From NCBI GenBank assembly GCA_951406725.2, contig OX597824.1:13764001-13828000 (forward strand): a stretch of DNA of 64,000 nucleotides, in the 5' to 3' direction. The DNA is from Octopus vulgaris. Lineage: Eukaryota. Both the position numbers and the translations under genes were made by a program. Below are positions 27,457-43,649 of the stretch, piece after piece. The notes under the pieces were generated by a model. That model saw only the letters and a list, made by a program, of their open reading frames with translations, searched no databases and was not told the DNA's origin. Positions within the stretch are counted from its first letter, which is position 1, and each line of letters opens with the position of its first letter.

Positions 27457-29055
27457 CATATATATTTATACAATATATTATATATACAGACATGCATGTA
27501 TGCTACCCCGACATATATATATATATACATATACATATACACACACACACATATATATATATATATTTATACACACATATATACATGTATATTTATATAC
27601 ATACATACATACATCATGTATATATACATACACGTATACCTGTATACATACATACATATATCTATATACTTATGTACATATCGGCACAAATGCTGATATA
27701 TAAATAGATAGATTGATTGATTGATAGATACACACATACGATAATATGTAGCTGATAGGTACATAAGTATATATGTATATATCCATATATATAGAAACAT
27801 ACGCACACATATGAGTATCTATATATATATGTATGTATACGTATATATAATATATACATAGTATGCTTACATATATATATATATATATGGTAGTCATATT
27901 GTGTGTTCATACACGCTTATATGCATGTAAGTGTGTGTATGTATAAATCTATGCGCTTCTATGTACGTACCTGTATATAGCAATTACATTTCAATGTGTG
28001 TATACAGTCATTTCAATTAAGTTTATTGTCTAGCGAGACTCTATTCAAGAACAGCAACAATGGCTTTTATTTCAGATTTTAGCCTAATACAAAAAATAAA
28101 TAAATAATATTATATATACATATATATATATATATATATACATATGAGAAAATGACATAAAAGAACGACAGTGAAATAAATGAAACTATAGAATACATCA
28201 ATTAAATTACAATAACATGATTAATATGACATGTATAAAAGTATTCTCTCACATTATATTCGTATATGAATTAATAATAGACGTGAGTGTTCAGATGTTC
28301 AGCTGTGTCTAGATTTCTTTATTTAGTATAATGACAATGACATCGAATTCGTCTATAAGAGGCCTGCGGGTGAATATAATGATTCAGCGTAGGAACGCCT
28401 CGAAGCTCCAGATTGACCTGCTAGTACCATCAGGGAAATTGCCATCGAATGTATTGTTATCATCTTAGAAGAATCCAGAAGGTCATACTAAATACTGTAT
28501 ACGTAGATATACTCAGAAAACAACCGCGTTTTTTTATGGCTAGAATGCCTTTGATCAGAGGTATTTTTCTCAGCTTTAATGTAGGTTAGATAACGAATAA
28601 AATCCCTACATTTTGATAGACCATACTTACCCAATGAAACGTTACTTCAAGCGTCGTTTGTCTACTAGAAGTTTGAAAATCCCAACTTCATGTGAGAAGT
28701 TATGTTTCGTCTTCTAGGTATTCGATGAAAAATTTATTACGAATTTTTTGTGTAGGGTTGGAGATATAATTCCTTATGTCTCCCATTTCTGAGAGCATTT
28801 TACTTCAGGAATTTTATGTGTAATGCCAAGTCGCTCGATTTGGAGCAACCTGAAAGTCCTCTACTTCAGAGCTATCAAAGTAGTGGCCCGCGGACCTGTA
28901 TATATACAAACATACATACATATATACCTACATACATAGAATGCATATATCTATATACTTATGTACATATCGGCACAAATGCTGATATATAAATAGATAG
29001 ATTGATTGATTGATAGATACACACATACGACCATATGTAGCCGATATGTACATAA

Positions 29056-29091
<36 letters not shown>

Positions 29092-30949
29092 ATACACACG
29101 TATGTATATATATATATATATATATATACATATATATTTTCCAGAAAAGAATGAAACATTATTAAATGCTTATAAAATGCTTATGTAATATTATATTATT
29201 TGTTTACAAAATAAATAAAAAATTGTCAACTTTTATTATATTCATTATATTTATTATTTCCCGTATAAATTAACATTACTAAGAAATATTACCGGTCCCT
29301 GGCTCATTGGAAAAAACAAAAACTGCTGGTACGCCACATCAGATAATTTCAGAAGCACTACTCTACAGGACACTCTATAGATTGTATGATTGGATGCCAG
29401 AATTACTCTCAGACAATAATCATTCATACTCACATAGTCGGCTAAAGGAAGAGCGACTGAACCCTTCTTGGAAACCCTGCCCTCGCAAATGAAACTGCAT
29501 AGTAACTCATTCTTTATTGGCGACAGAGGCTTCCATGTAAATCAAAATATTTTATGAGCAGCGATTACAAACATAATTACAATCATAAAAATAGATTTAA
29601 CACTTATATCCACATAAAAACAATGAAAGAGGCGCACCACTTCGAAATACTTAGGGTGTCCTAAGACTAAGTCCACCTTCCGATCTGGATGGTTCCTTTA
29701 TGCTTCAAGACATTTCAAGGAGAGTTACAGCAAAAGCTCCTCATATACACGAATTACAAAATCTGCAATCACTTTTCATGATGACAGGACACAGAAAATC
29801 CCAGCCTTTTCGTCTCTTTCTCTCTCTCTCTCTCTCTTTCTCTCTGCTTTTCTTTCCCTCTCTCTCTCTTTCTGTCTGTCTCTCCCTCTCTCTCTCTCTC
29901 TCGATCCTCATAAAGAAGGAAGGATAATAGGTCTAAAACAACAATTACAAGTTATCAAAGAGAAGCAGAACAGTTTAATAAGGAAATATGGCGAAATAAA
30001 AGCTTCTCCGTGATATATGTATGTATGTGTATGTGTGTGTGTGTGTGTGTGTGCATGTGCTTGTGTGTTTATGTGTGCGTGCTTGTGTGTGTGTATTTGT
30101 TTGTTTGTGTGTGTGTGTGTGCGTATACGTGTATTGTATGTGTGTGTGTTTGTGTGTGTATATAAGAATGGACACGCGCATATGCGTATACATCCATCGA
30201 TCCATATGTATGTGTGTGTTTGCTTCTGTGTGTGTGTGTGTGTGTGTGTACGTGTGTATGTGTGTGTGTGTGGGAAATAATACAGTTAGAGATTTCGATA
30301 GGGGCAAAATAACTGAAAAGAGAAAAAAAAACAAAACAATGGGAATGAAACTATTAAATATACAAAAGCATAAAGGACATTGAAAAAAAAAAAACCACTC
30401 CATGCTTAATATCCTGCAATGCTCGACAGAGAGGAAGGAAGTTAGCGAGATAGCCAACAATGGCTCGAAAGCTCTGAAAGCTCTGAGCTGAATGCAGAAA
30501 CAGAAAGTATTACTTTAGATATATAGGATCAATGCCGAGCCATAAAAAACAGTATAATGATAAAATACAGAAAGAAAAGTTTAACATCAATTGCAGCCTA
30601 TGCCATCAGCAAAAAGAAATAATTGATCAGATCATTCGTAGTTGTGCAGTATTTGTATAGAAAGAAAATATCCACAGAGAGAAAAAAATGTCCATAGGCA
30701 AGACGTATATTGATATACGTGACTGCATAGGTAAACAATATCTATTGGGAATCATACCGAACCTTTTCTTATGAGATCTGAGCGGATGACATGTAGACAT
30801 ATAAACATGTATCTCACCTGGAATATGAACATGAAGTGGCTTACTTACTACTGTAGAACATAACTGTTGGGACTATTGGGTCTAGCGTGAAACCAAGCAT
30901 TTCTCAGAAAAACCGTCGATTAAGCTTGTGAGCAATTTCTTGAAGAAAA

Positions 30950-31357
30950 CGCAGGAGTGGCTGTGTGGTAAGTAGCTTGTTTACCAACCACATGGTTCCG
31001 GGTTCAGTCCCACTGCGTGACACCTTGGGCAAGTGTCTTCTGCTATAGTCTCGGGCCGACCAAAGCCTTGTGAGTGGATTTGGTAGACGGAAACTGAAAG
31101 AAGCCTGTCGTAAATATGTATATATATATATATGTATGTGTGTGTGTTTGTGTGTCTGTGTTTGTCCCCCTAGCATTGCTTGACAACCGATGCTGGTGAG
31201 TTTATGTCCCCGTTACTTAGCGGTTCGGCAAAAGAAACTGACAGAATAAGTACTGGGCTTACAAAAGAATAAGTCCCGGGGTCGAGTTGCTCGATTAAAG
31301 GTGGTGCTCCAGCATGGCCGCAGTCAAATGACTGAAACAAGTAAAAGAGTAAGAGAG
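30950..31357 (+). mobile_element. Full-length SINE family A
   Basis: Match to 22057-22462. Confidence 0.93.
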
Positions 31358-31450
31358 TATATATATATATATTATATAGAGGGCCCTCTCTCTGTCTCTC
31401 TCACTCTCTGTCTCTCTCTGTCTCTCTCTGTCTCTCTCTCTCTCTCTATA

Positions 31451-31495
<45 letters not shown>

Positions 31496-31751
31496 AAGAC
31501 GTAGAAATTGGATAAGAATATATTAAAACACATTTTTGTCTTTATTTGAGAGAGATTCACGCCTCAAAGAAGTCTTACCTCTGGCAGAACTTCGGCAAAT
31601 AATTGTCAGCGAAAACATTGAAGATAAACAACGTTCTTAGGTATTCTGCCTTAAGCATATGTACAAAGATTGTTCTTACATGCAAATCAGGAACATCCAC
31701 GGTATAGCTTAGGTATATTCTTACATAAATGCATACGCACACGCAAAAACA

Positions 31752-31816
<65 letters not shown>

Positions 31817-32495
31817 ACACACATATACGCACAAACAAACAAACATATAAACGTATTCATTGTAAAAGACGGTGACAGTATTCGTCAGGAGATTTTGTCT
31901 ATCAGAAACCTAAAGTTGTGAAATGTGCTGGAAATCGAAAACCGAAATTGTACAGCAAATTCGCTTAATGAGGAAGAAAAGATATTGATGGTGATGACGA
32001 TGAGGCGGAGGAGGAAGAGAAAGAGGTGGAGGAGGATAAGAAGCAAGAGAGGTGAGAGTGGTGTAGACAAGCACATACACAAAGGCACATACATACGAAA
32101 TACACACACACACAAACACTCACACAAATACAAACATATATACACATATATTTGACGGGATACTTTCAGTTTCCATCTACCAAATAAGTGCTTCGGTCAA
32201 CCTGGGGCTATAGTACAAGACATTAGCCAACGCTGCTACGCAGCTGTAGGATTGAATACGAAAACATGCGAGAGGGAAGTAAACTTCTAACTAGACAGGG
32301 ACTCGCAGATAAACCGAGATAATGTTTACGACGCATAAACCTGGTTATAAATACTAAAATAATTTTAATGCAACATTTATTATAACGAAAGCATTTATCA
32401 CTCAATATGGCCGCCCTTTTCGGGGATTTATGCCTCCAGACGAGAACGAAATCTTTTTGCAGCTGTCGCAACTTCCACCATTTTGATTTTGCGTG

Positions 32496-32577
<82 letters not shown>

Positions 32578-32656
32578 TCAGGTCTTCAAACAGTTATCTA
32601 GCTAGACAGATCGAAATATGTGTTTTTATATAATTATGCCTATATGTCAACATACG

Positions 32657-32960
32657 TGGAGACGAAATGGCCCAGTGGTTAGGGCAGCGGACTCGCAGTC
32701 GGAGGATCACGATTTCGATTCCCAGATCGGGCGTTGTATGTGTTTATTGAGCAACAACACCTACAAGCTCCACGAAACTTCGGCAGGGGGTAGTGGCGAC
32801 CCCTGTTGTACTCTTTCGCCACAACTTTCTCTCACTCTCTCTTACTGCTTCTTGAGTAACGCTGCGATGGACTGGCGTCCCGTCCAGCTGGGGGAAACAC
32901 ATACGCCACAGAAACAGGGAAACCGGGCCCATGAGCTTGGCAAGGCTGGAAAAGGGCGAC
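32657..32960 (+). mobile_element. SINE, head C with tail III
   Basis: Head as in 9268-9644; tail ctgcgatggactggcgtcccgtccag...gaaaccgggc. Confidence 0.85.
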
Positions 32961-33391
32961 GTTTATCGTTTTGTGTCAGAATGCACGTCTCTCTTATCCT
33001 GTCTTCCTCTCTCACTCTATTTCTCTCTCTCACTCCCTCTCTCTCACTCCCTCTCTCTCTCTCCCGTTTATGAATATTTCAGAATTAAACTCAAGCACGT
33101 CGGCGATATAAGAGGAACATAAATTCCTTGGACACATTCGGCATCATCAGCTGAAAAATTTCCATTTATGGTCTGGTGGATATTTATTTGGCTTTTCTTG
33201 AGCCCAGACAAGACAAACAGACAGACTTGCACAAACAAATACGCACCCACCAACACACACACTCACACACAGACACATACGCAAGTAATTTTTAAAGTAT
33301 GTCTACTTACATAATATAATACTCACATATACATATAAATATCTCGGCGCTGGCGTGTATGTGTGAGTGTGCGTAAATATATGTATGTATG

Positions 33392-33460
<69 letters not shown>

Positions 33461-33640
33461 ATATATATATTTATGTAGATATATATATCCATTTAGATAC
33501 ACACACATTTATGTAGATATATATATATATACATAAATATATTTATGTAGATATATATATCCATTTAGATACATATATTTATTTACACACACACGTAGAC
33601 ATATATATGTATATACACATAAGGGTTTGTGCATATATGA

Positions 33641-33700
<60 letters not shown>

Positions 33701-34290
33701 ATGTATATATGTATGTATGTATGTATACCATATACATAAATACATACACACACACACATTTATGCATACAAATATATGTGCGTATATATACATGTAAATG
33801 TATTTATGCATGTATGTACGAATGCATGTATGTAAGGGTATATGTATATACATTCGCATACACAGAATAAAGGGATAAATGGTGTTAGCGGTGATAGTGC
33901 TAGTTATACTATTGTTCCCATGTAACGTTAATACGGACGGCAGGCAATCTGTATTAAATAAACTAAAGCTCTATTATTTCAGCAAGTCTCAATGGTGTTG
34001 CTGTTGCAGGCATAGCGTAATAAATATGGCTTAGTAATATTTTGTATTGATATTTCTAAAGTAGTCAATTATGGAGGTCTTTATTGTAACATAGTTGCAA
34101 AGGGAATCGGGAGGTTTATTATATTGGAAATATAATCAGGGAAGTGGTCAACATAGGCGTGAGTCACACCAATAACTGAAAGGTGGTGATTAACTAGCAA
34201 ACTGGTGGCCAATCTATAGCCTTTTTTACTTTGCACGTTTTGTAGTTCTATTCCCTACACTCTACAGCTTCTGAAAGTCATATTTTATTA

Positions 34291-34356
<66 letters not shown>

Positions 34357-34875
34357 CATCATTATCATCATCATCATTATCATCATCATCATCGTCATCA
34401 TCATCATCGTTATCATATTTTATATTTATTCATTTATTTATTAGTTCATTCGTTTATTGAGTTCGTTATTTGCTGGTCTGACGTTTATACATGATGATTA
34501 AATGGTCATTCAGAGGTAAAATCAGATCTCCATTAATCAATTTATTATGCAATCGCTATTACTATCTCTATCTCTCCTTCTTCGTATCTCTGTCTGTCTG
34601 TTTGCCTGTCTGTCAGTCTATCTCTGTTCCTTCATTTTGTATCAAGTTCTCTCTGGACATATATATTGTAAGTATTTCAATAGTTTTAAAATGTTGAGCA
34701 TATACAATATTTAATAAAATGATGTAGCGTGATACGATCGTACCAAATTACCGAAGTTATTCTTGTTGCTTATTTTGATTATAATCACCACATAGATTTA
34801 TATGGATAACACAATACAAAATTCTGGTGCATCTAACTTAAGTACCATATTCATTTGAATCAAAATTTTGCTGAA

Positions 34876-34912
<37 letters not shown>

Positions 34913-35133
34913 AATATTAGGGAATGAATCCAAAATTACGTGGGAAAAATCAGATTTAGGGTTAAATCGAATTTTATAGTAAAATATTATATAATATAAT
35001 TCGAGACAAAACCACTATTTTAAAACCAAACAAGGAAAGACTTAATCAATACATAAAATTTTAATATAAATTAAATAAAATAAATTTATTTAATTTATGT
35101 TAAAATTTTATGTATTGGTGTATGGAAAAGTTC

Positions 35134-35217
<84 letters not shown>

Positions 35218-35222
35218 TATAT

Positions 35223-35254
<32 letters not shown>

Positions 35255-35256
<2 letters not shown>

Positions 35257-35592
35257 TAGTCGAAAGACACCTGTTGTTATGTCCTGTTATTTGTATTTGT
35301 TTAACATTTCTGGGGGTTTTTTTCGTTCTTCTTTTCGTATGCATTCGCTGCTTTCTTCCAAGGAATGTAATGCTCTTAGCTTAGTTTTCATTGGGGCTGG
35401 CCAGATTGGTGCAATCTCGCGTACAACCAGCTGAAATTGCAAATTTAATCTGAAACTCGACTGAAGATAGAAAGCTCCAAATGATCCGTCGTTGTTTTCC
35501 TTGTATCGTGTGTCTGGATAGTTTGCTTTTCCTCTTTTTTTGTTTCACCTAACTATCCGGATGTTTTGCGCTCTTGCGCCATTTTTGTATTT
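35255..35592 (+). mobile_element. Interspersed repeat family F, flanked by (TA)n
   Basis: Reverse complement homolog at 62295-62690. Confidence 0.8.
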
Positions 35593-35598
35593 TATATA

Positions 35599-35663
<65 letters not shown>

Positions 35664-35777
35664 TTACCAAAAGTTTATTTCTAACTGATGGTCGGCTACA
35701 TGAAACTCAGGTACAGAGATACAGTTTGCAAATTCTTTCACCGTCAATACAACATTATATATATTTATGTATGTATA

Positions 35778-35838
<61 letters not shown>

Positions 35839-35902
35839 GTATATATATACATACATATACATACACACACAAACACACACATACACACACATACACACAC
35901 AT

Positions 35903-35945
<43 letters not shown>

Positions 35946-36269
35946 ATACAAAGTAATTCAGGAATGATTGATACTGATATTTCGTCATTTTTGTAACTTG
36001 TCAATATCACGTACAAGAATCGAATTGCCTGCCTATGACTATATATAAATTGCGTAAGAACTACTTGCTGACGTGTCACGGCAATGCACGTGTAAGAACA
36101 ATAGACAACCACCCACACAAGCAGACACACACACACACAGACACATATATGTATGTGTGTACATATGTGTGCATGTATGCATACACACACGCACACAAAT
36201 TTACGTATACGTATATATGCGTGTGTGTACGTATGTATGTATGTATGTCTGAATGTATATATGTATATT

Positions 36270-36360
36270 ATTATTCAGTTTTATTTCAAGATGTCTCGCC
36301 AATAGAGGAAGAGCTGTTTTCTAACCTAGATCCGAATTTCAACAGTATGAACAGGGTATT
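36270..36360 (-). mobile_element. Short 3' UTR fragment of an R4/Dong-like LINE within a (TATG)n array
   Basis: aattcggatctaggttagaaaacagctc...gaaataaaactgaa resembles 63300-63370. Confidence 0.55.
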
Positions 36361-36476
36361 TTTGTATATGTCTATGTATGTATGTATGTATGTATGTATG
36401 TATGTATGTATGTATGTATGTATGTATGTATGTGTGTATGCATGTATATATGTATGTATGTATGTGTGTATGCATG

Positions 36477-36510
<34 letters not shown>

Positions 36511-37134
36511 TGTATGTATGTATGTATGTATGTATGTAGTGTGTGTGTATGTATGTATGTATGTGTGTATGTATGTATGTATGTATGCATGTATGTATGT
36601 ATGTATGTATGTATGTATGTATGTATGTATGCATGTATGTATGTATATGTACAGATCTGTATGTTTTGTTTGAGTATGGCTTAGATCTGTAGTCTGCGTA
36701 TCAGCTTTCTCGTTTCTGGTTTTGAGGAGCCAAATTTCTCAAGACTGCTCTTAGGCACTTGCATGCTTGGATGTATGCTAAATTATCAAAAGTTAACAGT
36801 CTATACTGAGTTTAGCTTCCGGCTGAGCTCTTCGGCCCGGACAATCTAGTCTGGACGAAGCATAGTATATAATTACCACATCTATCCAATCTAACCCAGA
36901 CATTGAATTCTATCTCAGATAAAGCTTGCACTATGTAGGATATTTCTTCATACACTTTTACATCTTTGACGTTAAAATAGACAAACACAACCACAAGCGC
37001 TCACAGATATTCAAAGGCCCAGACAGATATTCAAAGGCCCACGCACACTCAGTCACACATACTCACACACACACACACAGACAATCATAGACACACACGT
37101 ATGCATATATTAGCGGCTTTACGTATCTATATTC

Positions 37135-37333
37135 TTTTATTCTGTTAATCTTTTACTTGTTTCAATCATTTCACTGCGGCCATGGTGGAGGACGGCCTTT
37201 TGTCGAACAAATCGCCTAGTAAGCCTAGTACGTATTCTATCAGTCTCTTTTGCCGAACCTCTAAGTGACGGGTGCGCAAAAACACCAACATCGGTTATCA
37301 AGCGATGTTGGGGCGACAAACACAGATACAAAA

Positions 37334-37424
<91 letters not shown>

Positions 37425-37555
37425 CGGGCTTCTTTCAGTTTCCGTCTACCAAATCCGGTCACAAGGCGTTGGTCGGCCCAAGGCTATATATGTTAGAATC
37501 CGGAAGCATGTGGATAGAAAGCAAGCATCTTACCATACAGCCACGTCAGCACCTA
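37135..37555 (-). mobile_element. SINE family A
   Basis: Reverse complement match to family A. Confidence 0.88.
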
Positions 37556-37724
37556 TATACATACATATATATCTTCCTCCTACCGTTTTCTGTATAAGTT
37601 TACATAAGTATCTACAAGTAAACCTAATAATTTATCTCTCTATTTGTTAACGTATGTAATATTGTTTCTGCCAGTCTGTCTATCTATATATCTATCTATC
37701 TATCTTGCCTTCTATCTATCTATA

Positions 37725-37763
<39 letters not shown>

Positions 37764-37764
<1 letters not shown>

Positions 37765-38131
37765 AAAAAAAGAAAAAAAGAGAAATATATGTGACTTCAT
37801 TGACCGAGGTTACCGTGGTCTTTTCCGTAGGCTTTTCTTTCCACGGGTAAACCTCACCTGTCCTCCCCTTTACACTTCATATTGACATTTCTGTGATTAC
37901 GATCCCTATTGATCAACTTTTTTTCCTCCCCCCTTTTCTTCTTTTCCCTCTCCCCCCTTTTTTTAAAAATCCTCCCCTTTTTTTGTCCTCTTTCTTTCCT
38001 TTTACGATCCCTTTTGATCGAAAACCAACCCCCTTTTTTTACCCCCAAAAGAAAAGCTCTACCTTGTAATTTGTTCTGTCTGTGTGCAGCCCTGTGTGGC
38101 TAATAAAGAAACATATATATCTATCTCTCCT

Positions 38132-38193
<62 letters not shown>

Positions 38194-38202
38194 CATCCAT
38201 CC

Positions 38203-38241
<39 letters not shown>

Positions 38242-38580
38242 AAAAAAAGAAAAAAAGAGAAATATATGTGACTTCATTGACCGAGGTTACCGTGGTCTTT
38301 TCCGTAGGCTTTTCTTTCCACGGGTAAACCTCACCTGTCCTCCCCTTTACACTTCATATTGACATTTCTGTGATAACGATCCCTATTGATCAATTTTTTT
38401 TCCTCCCCCCCCTTTTTTTTAACCCCCCCCTTTTTTTGTCCTCTTTCTCTCCTTTTACGATCCCTTTTGATCGAAACTCCCCCCTTCCCTTTTTTTTTTT
38501 CTAACCCTTCAAAAGAAAAGCTCTACCTTGTAATTTGTTCTATCTGTGTGCAGCCCGGTGTGGCTAATAAAGAAACATAT
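37764..38580. repeat. Tandem duplication of about 477 bp bounded by (TATC)n
   Basis: 37764-38116 versus 38241-38580; differences lie mainly in homopolymer runs. Confidence 0.92.
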
Positions 38581-38602
38581 CTATCTATCTATCTATCTAT
38601 CC

Positions 38603-38655
<53 letters not shown>

Positions 38656-39005
38656 CCTATCTATCTGCTTAGCTCAAACTATTTCTAATTTGCTGTCTTT
38701 ACAATTTATACTGGGATTTCAGGAATTGATTAGGAAGAAAAACGTGACAAAAAATTATAAGTAAAATGCTAAATAAAAAAGGGATCCTCATTAAGAAACT
38801 TGGAATTGATTAATTTACCACACCTACATCTCCATACTTTTTCTACACGCCTTTTAAGTACGCACGCCCCTCAGTCGCCCACCGCATTTTTCAGCCCAGC
38901 TTTTTGTTTTCTTCCTTTTTTTTTTATTTCTCCTTTGCAATTATTTTTCTCTCCGTCTCTTCTACGAGCCTGTAGATTAATACACAGAGAAACTTCCAGA
39001 AATGG

Positions 39006-39761
<756 letters not shown>

Positions 39762-40264
39762 GATTTTTCTGAACGACTAATTGATTGATTGGTTGGTTGA
39801 GAGATAGGGAGAGAGATAACGAGCAAGAGATAGTATGAGAGAGAATGCACGTAAGGAAGAAAGAACGAGATAACGAAAGAAAGAAAGAAAGGATTAAAAG
39901 AAAGAAAACAACGAAAGAAGAATGACAAAAAAACATCTCATTCGTAGTAAACATAAGGGAATAATTGTATGTGACTTGTGTTTCTAAAAAGTAAAACCCC
40001 TTTTTTTAATCATTAAGTTCTCTCATCGTTTCAAAATGTTTTTGTTTATTACATCTTCATCGCATTTTTCTTCTATTGTTTTTTTTTTTTTTTGTTTATT
40101 TCAATTATTTCTTCATTTTCTGACATTGTGCAAGAAACATGCATTTCAATATCGATTTGTATGTTATTTCAAGGAAATCATTTTTATTTTGTAGTTTTTT
40201 TTTTTTGTTAAATTTCATCTCTGGTTTTTTTTATTAAATTTATTTTAAATGTCATTGTCTTTGC

Positions 40265-40660
<396 letters not shown>

Positions 40661-41666
40661 ATTTTCCGTTTATTTTATCTTCTCAGGTGAACGATAATTT
40701 CGATTTATATTAGTTTAGTGTGTGCGCGTGTGTGACGTATGTATGTGTGTGTGTTGATGTGTCTGCGTGTGCGAAAGAGAGAGAGAGAGAGAGAGAGAGA
40801 AAGAATCTCCGTATTTACCTGTTTAAAATTCATATAATGGCATTTGTTCTATTTCTCGTTTCATTAAAATTTTTCTTAATTATTTTTACTTTCATTTATA
40901 TAATTTATTCATTCTTAATTTTTTTCCCACTAAAATGACAAATATTCTAACCTAGTAGCCCAATTCTTCAAACGCCTGCAAGATTCTTTGATAGCTTCGG
41001 GGGAAACATTTGAAACATCGGAGAAACGTCGTGAAAGCTTTTGTTATACTCAATCAAAAGCCTATACCTGTCGATTAAAATCATATTTGAAAGTTTAAAA
41101 TCTATATTTTCCTTCATTGAAATTACGTTGTTCCATACTTTTTGAGGCCTTGTATTTGTGTTTGTGCGTATGAGTGTTCGCTTTCGTCCTCACAACAGAG
41201 ACGGCGTATGTCATTCTGTTCCTCTATTCCGATCTATTCTCTTCTGTTCTACTATTCTACTGTTTGCGTTATTCGTTTTATTCACTGCTCTATTGTACAA
41301 ATATACTGTTTGTATCTATGTGTTTCTATTCTGCTATTCCACTGTTTGCACTGTTCTATTAATGTACTATTGTGCTAGACTACTGTTTGTTCTATTGCAT
41401 TATTTGAATTATTCTACTGCTCTTTTGTCATACTAAAATTGCTGCTGTACTAGCTGCACTGTGATTACACGTTCCGAATGTGATTCTTGTCATTGTTACT
41501 GAAGGTTGTTGCTATTTTAAACAGTTTATGGAAGAATCAAAGTGAAAATATCAGACCTAAGTTCAAAATCATTTCAGTCTTGACTATCGTATTTTTTTTT
41601 TTTGGAGTAATTAATTACCAAACAGATGAAATTTTAAGAAATTCGTAACATGTAAGCAAATATGTA

Positions 41667-42170
41667 CCGTAAATCCTCGAGTATAGTCCGCCCTTGAGTA
41701 TAATATGCAGGGGATTTTTTGGGGGCTGTATCTCTGAAAAACCTAAACCTTGTGTATAATACGCACCCCTTCTCTAACTTGAGTCAAGGAGGTCTATATA
41801 ACGTCCTTGGTTTGTAAAAATTTATACGGTAACATCCTTTATTATTATTGTATATATAACATAATGCAAACGTGTAGCTTTTTTGTGCATTTTGTTTGCA
41901 GAAAATAACAGTAATAACGTTTGATAAATGTTGCTTACTGCAAGTTAAGCATGATCCTTTTATGACTTCATTGCTTTCAGGCTTAGCTTAGGGTATTTTC
42001 GCGCCGGACATCACAAAATGCGTCTGAATAAACATTGCCGGACAGCAAATAGAGACACGGACATTGCTTAGAAAATATTTTTCATTTTCAACCTCGTACA
42101 TAGTACGCACTGGGGATTTTGACCTTTAAATCTTGGGGAAAAATGCGGATTATACTCGGGGATTTATGCA
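41667..42170. mobile_element. Tc1/mariner superfamily (pogo/Tigger-like) MITE
   Basis: TIRs ccgtaaatcctcgagtatagtccgc / gcggattatactcggggatttatgc, TA on both flanks, internal subterminal repeats (gtataatacgcac). Confidence 0.8.
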
Positions 42171-42584
42171 TACATAAATGAATAAATATGTATATTCTGT
42201 GCATCTTCCTTATTCCTTAATTTTGAATTTAAATTTTTAATCCCACTAAATATTATGAAAACAGGATTATTTCCCTTATAATAAACAGTTCGGGAATCGC
42301 GAGTGGTTTGGGTGTTGCATTCTCGATCGGAAGATCATACATTTGATTTTCAGACGGAGCTTTTAGCTGTGTTCTCGAGCAAAGCACGTCATCGGCCTTC
42401 GCTCCTGTCCACTCAGCTGCAGATGAATAACCAACCCTGTGATGAGGTGATGCTCATGGCTGGAACGCCTCTGATCACTCATAGATCTGCTTAGTTATGC
42501 GTGATCTGGGTTTAAACAACAATAACACTAATTATATTGTTGTTTAAGTAACGTAATATATTGAAATAGTGAATAATATCTCTT

Positions 42585-42790
42585 TTCTACTCTAGGCACA
42601 AGGCCCGAACTTTTGGGGGAGGGGCCACTCGTTTAGATCGAACCCAGTACGCAAATGGTACTTAGTCTATCCACCACGAAAGAATATAAGGCAAAGTCAA
42701 CCTCGGCAGAATTTGAACTCAGAACGTAAAGACAGACAAAGTACTGCTAAGCATTTCGACTGGTTTGCTAAAGTTTCTGTCAGTCCCCCG
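42585..42790 (-). mobile_element. SINE family B (alternative tail)
   Basis: Match to the last monomer of 23815-24405. Confidence 0.8.
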
Positions 42791-43044
42791 ACTTGTAATA
42801 GTGTATAATATTTTTATCATTACACTTGTTGATATTGTTGTTGCATTACTATTTATTGTTGATGTTGTTGTTGTTGCCGCTGCTGCTGGTGATGCCGATG
42901 TTGTTATTCGAGGCCTGGTCAACCTTGTTGGGACATATCTAAAATCACAAGCATTTGTCTATATCTTTCTTATCTTCGCTGCAATAGTATATCTCGGGAT
43001 ACATTATCTAGTGTGCTCTATTTCCAAACTTTGAGTATCCCGTC

Positions 43045-43270
43045 GAGTTGGCAGAAACGTTAGCGCGCCGGGCGAAAGGCGTAGCCGTATTTCGTCTGCC
43101 GCTACATTCTGAGTTCTAATTCCGCCGAGGTGGATTTTGCCTTTCATCCTTTCGGGGTCGATTAAATAGGTACCAGTTACGCACGGGGGTCGATGTAATC
43201 GATTTAATCCGTTTGTCTCTCCTTGTTTGCCCCCTCTGTGTTTAGCCCCCTGTGGGTAGTAAAGAAATAG
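43045..43270 (+). mobile_element. SINE family B monomer
   Basis: Match to family B. Confidence 0.9.
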
Positions 43271-43649
43271 ATTATCCCGTCTGTTTATATATTCAGAACT
43301 TCAATATCTGTGGCATTCAGTTTTTCTTAGTTTTTGTTTTGTTTTGTTTGTTTTTTAATCGTTATTATGAAATAAAAAGAGATTTGATTACTAACTCTGA
43401 CCTGTCGCAAGATCACGTAGACGTTCCCCTTGAAAGTGTAGCGTAATTTTATTTTACAGATTTGTAATGGAATATTCAAATTGTCCTAAGCAGACATCTT
43501 TTACTCTATCAAGTATGCTTTTTCTAATATTTCCCTATGAACACAAGGGAAATCCTTACAGGGAAATACTATTGTAGAACAAGGTATATAACATATATAT
43601 ATATATACATACATACATGTGTGTGTGTGTGCCTATATATCTGTGCACA

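Noticed and set aside
35680-35720. Additional hammerhead motif (ctgatgg...gaaactcag)
   Set aside because: The core is mutated and stems I-III cannot be formed convincingly
37806-37856. Pre-miRNA hairpin
   Set aside because: The stem is only about 14 bp with a 22-nt loop, too short for a canonical precursor
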